From assembly GCA_019057795.1 (NCBI GenBank), contig JAHLWS010000087.1, forward strand, positions 43,176 through 107,175: DNA of 64,000 bases, given 5' to 3'. The DNA comes from Promethearchaeota archaeon. GTDB lineage: Archaea; Asgardarchaeota; Lokiarchaeia; Sigyniarchaeales; SOKP01. Each line of letters opens with the position of its first letter. Position 1 is the first letter of the stretch. Positions 58,005-64,000 of this stretch are shown here, one piece after another. The notes beneath the pieces are model-generated. The model saw nothing but the letters and a program-made list of their open reading frames with translations. It was not told where the DNA came from and did not search any database. The position numbers and the translations under genes were made by a program.

Positions 58005-58646
58005 ATGGCAGAACCTAACGACCCTACACTAAACGATTTGTTTAAGTCTTTTAAAGAGTTCGACGAGAAAATGGGCGCCTTCTCGTCAATACTTGAAAAG
58101 TTTGGTTTAGATATTATAACAAAAATGGGACAGACAAATTTGAAAATTACACAACTAACTGATAAAATTAACGTGTTAGATAAGGCTACTATTGACATTA
58201 AAAGCCTAATACCTCAATTGAGTAATGTAATTGAAAATCAGAAAACTTTAGAAAAAGATTTAGACTTAATTAAATCCCTGATTAAAAATATGACCGTAAG
58301 TCCTTCTAAAAAAGAAGGCGTAGAAGATGTTATAGAAAGAAACAAATCTGCAACAGACAAGAAAGAATCGATAATAACCCAATTATACGATTTAAAAGCG
58401 GATTTAGAAGATATCGAGGATCCTCAAGCCGTTAAATCAATTTTGGAGAAAATTAAAGAAGAGATTTTCGAATTCACAGGCGGACATAGAATACTCTATG
58501 AGATCTCACAAGTATTAAATCGTTTAAACTCTGCAAAATCGTTCTCAGATTTGTTTGATGCAGAAAAACCATCCTCTGAAAGTCTTGAAAAGCATATAAA
58601 GGAAAAGATCACTTTTTGGATTAATAAATTAATGGTTAAAGATTGA
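58005..58646 (+). CDS. Hypothetical coiled-coil protein
   Basis: AGGTGA RBS; heptad-rich N-terminal half. Confidence 0.75.
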   Translation: MAEPNDPTLNDLFKSFKEFDEKMGAFSSILEKFGLDIITKMGQTNLKITQLTDKINVLDKATIDIKSLIPQLSNVIENQKTLEKDLDLIKSLIKNMTVSPSKKEGVEDVIERNKSATDKKESIITQLYDLKADLEDIEDPQAVKSILEKIKEEIFEFTGGHRILYEISQVLNRLNSAKSFSDLFDAEKPSSESLEKHIKEKITFWINKLMVKD

Positions 58647-58692
58647 AAATATATATTTATTAAATTTTAGGATATGGTCTTAAACTAAAAAA

Positions 58693-59373
58693 ATGGGTTT
58701 TTTAGATAAAGATGAGGAGGAGATTTATAAGCTTGTAAAGGAGTTTATAAAAAAAAAGTCTTTTATTACAATTACAGAAATTTTAGACTTTTTAAATTAT
58801 CGATTAGGGTATAATTCTAACTTAAATCGAAATGAAATAGAAATTATAATAAAAAATTTAATTAAGAAAAAATATATTTTTCCTCGTACAAAATTAGTAA
58901 GAGATAATATTTTAGAAGTTCCATTAAGAAGAGAAATCTATCAACATATCAAAAGAAATCCAGGCATAAATATTAATGAAATAATGAGGGCTCTTAATAT
59001 TGGAAGTAATCAAGTTTTATGGCATTTAAAGTTTTTAGATAAATTTCAATTTATAAGATGTATGAAAATACAAAATCAAACAGCATTTTTTAAGTTCGAG
59101 TTAGATATTAGTAATGATAAAACCTATTTTTACTTAAGGAAGAAAAATATTAAAAAAATAATCAAATTGCTAGAAAATGAAAGAGAGGCATTAAGTTCAA
59201 CAAAAATTTCAGAGAAACTAAAAATTCATTACAATACTGCGAAAAAATACTTAGTAATTTTATCTAACTTAAATCTGATTATAAGTATAAAAAAAGATGA
59301 TAATGATTATAATTATTTTAGTTTAAACTATAAAAATTACAACACCATTTTAAAAACCTTATATAAAAGTTAA
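58693..59373 (+). CDS. Multi-winged-helix transcriptional regulator (ArsR/HVO_0163-like)
   Basis: RREIYQHIKRNPGININEIMRALNIGSNQVLWHLKFL; second HTH ISEKLKIHYNTAKKYLVIL. Confidence 0.85.
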   Translation: MGFLDKDEEEIYKLVKEFIKKKSFITITEILDFLNYRLGYNSNLNRNEIEIIIKNLIKKKYIFPRTKLVRDNILEVPLRREIYQHIKRNPGININEIMRALNIGSNQVLWHLKFLDKFQFIRCMKIQNQTAFFKFELDISNDKTYFYLRKKNIKKIIKLLENEREALSSTKISEKLKIHYNTAKKYLVILSNLNLIISIKKDDNDYNYFSLNYKNYNTILKTLYKS

Positions 59374-59597
59374 TACAATAGTATAAGGTTAAAATGTTTA
59401 TATTCTCATTAAGCTAATTTTATACTAATTTCTATTCTAACATTTAAGCCATATTTAAAATTTTTATAATAATATACTTCAAATTTATTCCAGAGGGACT
59501 TTTAACTTAGTATAGTTGTAGTATAATTAGTAATGATTTGCGTTTATATTTCTTTAGTTTCATGTTTGTAGATATTCATTACTAAAATTAATCGTGG

Positions 59598-59813
59598 GTG
59601 TTAACTATAAGAGTTCGTGCGTGTATAAAGTGCCGAGAATATATAATCATATATCCTAATAACCCAGTAAATCAAGTTCATATTAGAAAATTTGAAACAA
59701 ATCATACTAGTCATACTCTTGTAACCTTAGACATTAATGAGGTTAAGAAACAATATAGATTATTCTCTACTCAAGATCGAGATTTAAACGAAGAATTAAG
59801 TAATATTTCCTAA
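59598..59813 (+). CDS. Small putative zinc-binding protein (CxxC...HxxH)
   Basis: RACIKCREY...FETNHTSHTL. Confidence 0.7.
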   Translation: MLTIRVRACIKCREYIIIYPNNPVNQVHIRKFETNHTSHTLVTLDINEVKKQYRLFSTQDRDLNEELSNIS

Positions 59814-59886
59814 ACAAATTTATATGTTAGAATAATTTTAAGATAAAGTTAGATTTCATAAACCCTATTCAAGAGGAGTTAGAAAA

Positions 59887-62800
59887 ATGCATTCAGAAAA
59901 AGTAAGAAAGCCATGTATATTAGCATTTTTGTTATCTTTTTTAATAATTTGTGTAATTTTCGATAGTAATTTATTATTCGAAATAAGTAACATAAATTTT
60001 GAAAATGAAAAAAATCTGCCTATTCCTAATTATTCCTCTACATCTGAATATTCTGGAGTCGGTTCTGCCCAAAATGTTACAGAGTACGGAGAAGGATTTT
60101 TTCAAAATAATAATCTTAACGTAACAAATTTAGAAAATGCTTCTATTATTGTCCCTGATACTTGGGAAGCAAATGAAATTGCAGTTAACATAACTAATAT
60201 ATATGAATATGATAGATTATGGATGAATCACTCATTTGATAACGGATTTGATGAGAATAGTTGGACTAATCATACTGACCCATCAAAAACAGATTACCTT
60301 TCTTTTAACTGGTACAATGATCCTATTGGCTCAAATGATTCATTATGCATGAAATTTATTAATGCTTCTACGTACTGGGATGATATAGATTCTTATTGGA
60401 ACTTCACATTTAACTTAGATAGGGAAAATATACCATATATTGAGTGGTCTATAAATTTTAATTATAGATTTTTAACAAATAATAGCGAGTGGTTAAGCGC
60501 AGGAGGAGGTACTAAATTTTACAGCACCATTATAGTTAATGATAAAACTACTCAATTTAATTTACCTAAATTTGACACTCACGTTAACGATACGTGGTAT
60601 TCGGACAATATCGAACCATTTAGTCCTGAATTATATGAGTATGATCCTCCCGGTACAGTTAGTGTTTTATTTGGTGTATATTGGGGAAAAAATATATTCT
60701 TTAATCCCACGGGATATTTGGAACTTTTCTTTGACAACATAACCTTAAATCTACAGACTATTCCTAAACCTTCCCAAATTAATCTAACATTAACCGATAT
60801 TGAGCATGGTATTATAAAACAGATTGACGATATAAGTGGATATGGATTAGGCAATACAACATTAAAGGATTCTTGGGCTGGAAGTGTTGGAGGAAAAGAG
60901 CATAGGTTTTCATTCGCTTCTAACTCTTCAGGAAAAGTGTATATAAATTCTGATTTTTTTGTCAAGGCAAATTCATCACGTTTCACAACTACAGAGATAG
61001 GGGAAAAAGGGAGCGAATTTTGTACAAAAAATGAGACAAGAACCGTATGGACTATGTACTTTCCGGTTGTTATCCCAGGAAGTTATCAAACTAATTACTA
61101 TTTTAACGTATCAAAACCTATAAATTGGAATGTCACTCACCTGTTTGATCCTTACGGTAGCGATAAAATATCTCAAGTTTTAGAGACTTCAGGTATAGGT
61201 AATTCAACTTTGGTTATCCCCAATGAGATCATTGTTAATGGAAGGTGGAAAATTGTGGCAGAGTCTCCTAATTACGTTTTAACTACTAAAATCTGGAAAT
61301 GGAATGAAACAGATACATCATGGGAAGAAAGTACAAATTTTGAAACTTATGATGTAATAAAAATTAATTGTACTATTGACAATGACTTAATTTCAAATTT
61401 AGAATCAACAAACGCATCATTATTAGTTTATTATCCAAATAATACAGAATGGTCTCAAGCCTATCAAGAGATAGCACCAGATTTTTCTGGTAATGTTGAG
61501 TTTAACAACTTTACGTTAGGAGCATTAAATGCGAGCGCAGGAGAATATATTCTTAATATTAAATGGAATAATATTAATTCATCTCAAATTGGTTTTTCTT
61601 CGTTAAATTTTGAGAATACTCATAATACAATACTAGATCGAGCCAACGATCAAGAGCCAATAGTTACTCCCATTTATACTGGTGATACAATACTCATAAA
61701 AGTAAATTATACCGATATTGACATAGGAGTGGGAATTATTGGAGCATATGTGAATTATACAATTGATAATGAGACTGCAATTACGGGAGATACGGTATAT
61801 TTTGGTGGTGGTATATATATAGCTGAAATTGATACTATAAACTGGCAAAATGGATTATATAATGTGTCCATATCCGCCGAGAAGCCTTATTATAAATCAC
61901 AATATGAAGATCAAATTATCCAACTTGAAGTAACAGAGCGTACAACTCTCACAACCCCTCAAATAGGGGGCGTTACTGTACCTTGGGGAAAAAATGTATC
62001 TATTAATGTATCTTATAATGGTACAAATAATCAAGGGATTTCAGGTGCAGATATTGATTGTGATTGGGATTTTATTTTTTATTCAGTTCAAGATGAAGGT
62101 TTGGGTCGTTATAAGTTAATTTTAAATACGACAATTAAAACAATAGATACCTATATGTTAAAAATCAATGCTTCTAAGGATGGATATGAGAATCGAGAAA
62201 TATATATACCGATAAATATTCGTAACATATATACAAATATCACCTATATTCAACCAGAACCTGTAAATTTTAATTCAAATGTTTCTATTCAACTTAAATT
62301 TAGTGATATTGATTCGAATTTCTTAATTTCTGGAGCTGAATTAATGATTAGTTCTGAATTTGATTCTCAATATTGGGATTCTAGTAAATATTTTTATTTT
62401 GAGCCTACTTTAGGCACTTATAATGTTACTTTTGATAGTTCGATTTTTAATGGAGTAGGAACGTTTCAAATATATACTACTTTAAATAGAACATATTACT
62501 CCAATGCCTCGACACTAATTAACATATTTATTATAGATATCTCAACTTCCTTAAACTTATATCTGGATGGAGTAGATAAAACATTAGAACAATCCATTGA
62601 GCTTCCAATACGGAGTAATTTTAATATTACTATAAAATATACTGACGCTAAGACAAAATATCATATAGTAAATGCTTCAATACAATTAATAGGAGAAGGA
62701 CTTTCAGAACTTTTGATAGAAAATACTGTTTTAAAACAATATTCAATTATTATAAATACAGCCCAATTAGATATCGGGGTTAGATTTTTAACAATTTATG

Positions 62801-63432
62801 CTCAAAAAGCAAATTATCTACCCTATTCAATCCTCTTGAGAATTAATGTTAAAAGGATTAATACGGAAATTACAACAAAATCTGGAATGTCAACAATAAA
62901 TACGGGACCGGGTGAAAGTGTTACATTAAGTATAGTTTTAAATGATATAGATTTCAACCAAACCGTTAAAAATGCATCAGTTACTTATACATGGGCATTT
63001 GGGCAAGGAGTGCTTTTAGATTCTGATAATGACGGTATCTACGAGGTTATTTTGGCAAATTTACCTGTAGGGACTCATACTATAACTATTTCTGTTTATG
63101 CAGGGGATGATTATGATTTTAAACGCTTCGAATTAACTTTAAATGTAATAAGACATCCAGAAAATGTGATACTTTTTCAGATTTTAACCGTACTTAGCGT
63201 CATTACTGCTTTAGGTGTAGGTGGTTATCTTGTAGCATATCAAAAAGTGTTTAAATATCCTAAAACGGTCAGAAAAATCCATAAATTTAAAAAATCCATT
63301 AAAAAAGGAAAAAAACAACCAAATGTTGAAATTCGTTCAAGAAAAGAATTAATTAAAAAACTCTACGAAGAAAGTTTAGGACCCTTATCTAAATTAAAAG
63401 AAGATAAAAATAATAAAGTTAAATTAAAATAA
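59887..63432 (+). CDS. Large single-pass surface glycoprotein 4, paralog of the 27.6-35.1 kb proteins
   Basis: Signal peptide; GRWKIVAESPNY, Ig-like repeats, DSDNDGIYE, TM, YQKVFKYPKTVRKIHKFKKSI; GAGGAG RBS. Confidence 0.88.
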   Translation: MHSEKVRKPCILAFLLSFLIICVIFDSNLLFEISNINFENEKNLPIPNYSSTSEYSGVGSAQNVTEYGEGFFQNNNLNVTNLENASIIVPDTWEANEIAVNITNIYEYDRLWMNHSFDNGFDENSWTNHTDPSKTDYLSFNWYNDPIGSNDSLCMKFINASTYWDDIDSYWNFTFNLDRENIPYIEWSINFNYRFLTNNSEWLSAGGGTKFYSTIIVNDKTTQFNLPKFDTHVNDTWYSDNIEPFSPELYEYDPPGTVSVLFGVYWGKNIFFNPTGYLELFFDNITLNLQTIPKPSQINLTLTDIEHGIIKQIDDISGYGLGNTTLKDSWAGSVGGKEHRFSFASNSSGKVYINSDFFVKANSSRFTTTEIGEKGSEFCTKNETRTVWTMYFPVVIPGSYQTNYYFNVSKPINWNVTHLFDPYGSDKISQVLETSGIGNSTLVIPNEIIVNGRWKIVAESPNYVLTTKIWKWNETDTSWEESTNFETYDVIKINCTIDNDLISNLESTNASLLVYYPNNTEWSQAYQEIAPDFSGNVEFNNFTLGALNASAGEYILNIKWNNINSSQIGFSSLNFENTHNTILDRANDQEPIVTPIYTGDTILIKVNYTDIDIGVGIIGAYVNYTIDNETAITGDTVYFGGGIYIAEIDTINWQNGLYNVSISAEKPYYKSQYEDQIIQLEVTERTTLTTPQIGGVTVPWGKNVSINVSYNGTNNQGISGADIDCDWDFIFYSVQDEGLGRYKLILNTTIKTIDTYMLKINASKDGYENREIYIPINIRNIYTNITYIQPEPVNFNSNVSIQLKFSDIDSNFLISGAELMISSEFDSQYWDSSKYFYFEPTLGTYNVTFDSSIFNGVGTFQIYTTLNRTYYSNASTLINIFIIDISTSLNLYLDGVDKTLEQSIELPIRSNFNITIKYTDAKTKYHIVNASIQLIGEGLSELLIENTVLKQYSIIINTAQLDIGVRFLTIYAQKANYLPYSILLRINVKRINTEITTKSGMSTINTGPGESVTLSIVLNDIDFNQTVKNASVTYTWAFGQGVLLDSDNDGIYEVILANLPVGTHTITISVYAGDDYDFKRFELTLNVIRHPENVILFQILTVLSVITALGVGGYLVAYQKVFKYPKTVRKIHKFKKSIKKGKKQPNVEIRSRKELIKKLYEESLGPLSKLKEDKNNKVKLK

Positions 63433-63492
63433 TAATATTAACTGAAAATTGTTTTATCATAATTAACAATATTTATTATAGGATTTTTAAGA

Positions 63493-64000
63493 ATGAGGTA
63501 TTTAAAAAAAAAACTTCTTAAAATTAGAACACGATTTAAAATAATTATTATTTGTTGCATGATAAGCGCTGTTCTAATATTCATGAATTTACCCGTTTTT
63601 CTATTAAACTTCAATAAAGCACTTAAAGTAGAAAATAATTTGAAATTCAATAGTTTATCATTACACACCTCAAACTCTAATATTTTATGGAATTATACAA
63701 CTGGTGGCGATATGATATCTATATCGCTCTCATCTGATGGTAATTACATCGTAGCAGGAAGTTCTGACAATAAAGTTTATCTATTTGATAAATTAAGTTC
63801 TACTCCATTATGGGTGTATTCAACCGAGGGAGATGTAATATCTGTATCAATTTCATCTGATGGTAATTACATCGTGGTTGGAAGCAATGATCATAAAATT
63901 TATCTATTTGATAAATCAAGTCCAATACCGTTATGGAATTATGATACTGGGGATGAGATATTATCAGTGGCGATCTCGTCAGATGGTAATTACATCGTAG
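63493..64000 (+). CDS. Secreted WD40/PQQ-type beta-propeller protein (3' truncated; absent from the ORF track)
   Basis: ATG at 63493, open to the window end; signal-like N-terminus, then ~41-aa repeats LWNYTTGGDMISISLSSDGNYIVAGSSDNKVYLFDK / LWVYSTEGDVISVSISSDGNYIVVGSNDHKIYLFDK / LWNYDTGDEILSVAISSDGNYIV. Confidence 0.9.
   Translation, partial: MRYLKKKLLKIRTRFKIIIICCMISAVLIFMNLPVFLLNFNKALKVENNLKFNSLSLHTSNSNILWNYTTGGDMISISLSSDGNYIVAGSSDNKVYLFDKLSSTPLWVYSTEGDVISVSISSDGNYIVVGSNDHKIYLFDKSSPIPLWNYDTGDEILSVAISSDGNYIV

Noticed and set aside
3089-63668. Other short antisense or alternate-frame ORFs in the track (e.g. 3089..3460, 8926..9270, 10654..11040, 47231..47584, 55199..55642, 60579..60986, 63438..63668)
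   Set aside because: They overlap confidently assigned genes; 63438..63668 is antisense to the real propeller gene starting at 63493
63680-64000. Regularly spaced nucleotide repeats resembling a CRISPR array
   Set aside because: They are in-frame beta-propeller blades (~123-bp period) within an ORF; no cas genes are present
1-64000. Selenoprotein (in-frame TGA), tRNA/rRNA genes, transposases, integrases
   Set aside because: I found no gene broken by TGA at a catalytic Cys position, no GC-rich structured RNA segment and no transposase or recombinase motif by eye; tRNAscan-SE/Infernal would be needed to exclude small RNAs

Overview
AT-rich archaeal chromosomal window, most consistent with an Asgard archaeon of the Lokiarchaeia. 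This is inferred from gene content: several longin-like domains, a longin-small GTPase fusion, a gelsolin-domain protein, a V4R protein, tetraether synthase, geranylgeranyl reductase, short XPF, GGTGA Shine-Dalgarno sites and frequent TTG starts. It carries housekeeping and metabolic genes (M20/M42 peptidases, type I GAPDH, URO-D-family pair, beta-oxidation enzymes, nadB, aroA', phosphohexomutase). Two regions stand out. (1) 22-38 kb: three tandem sequon-rich, single-pass surface proteins share a conserved basic, Tyr-rich cytoplasmic tail, and a fourth paralog lies at 59.9-63.4 kb. They are followed by gelsolin-TPR, TPR and stand-alone longin genes and are divergent from a longin/winged-helix gene. 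This is a candidate surface-receptor-to-actin/trafficking module. (2) 41-46 kb: three LMW phosphatases, all with the P-loop Thr typical of YwlE-type arginine phosphatases, surround an MFS-longin fusion next to macrodomain and V4R genes. No rRNA, tRNA, CRISPR array or transposase was recognised. All calls come from reading motifs by eye, with no database searches.
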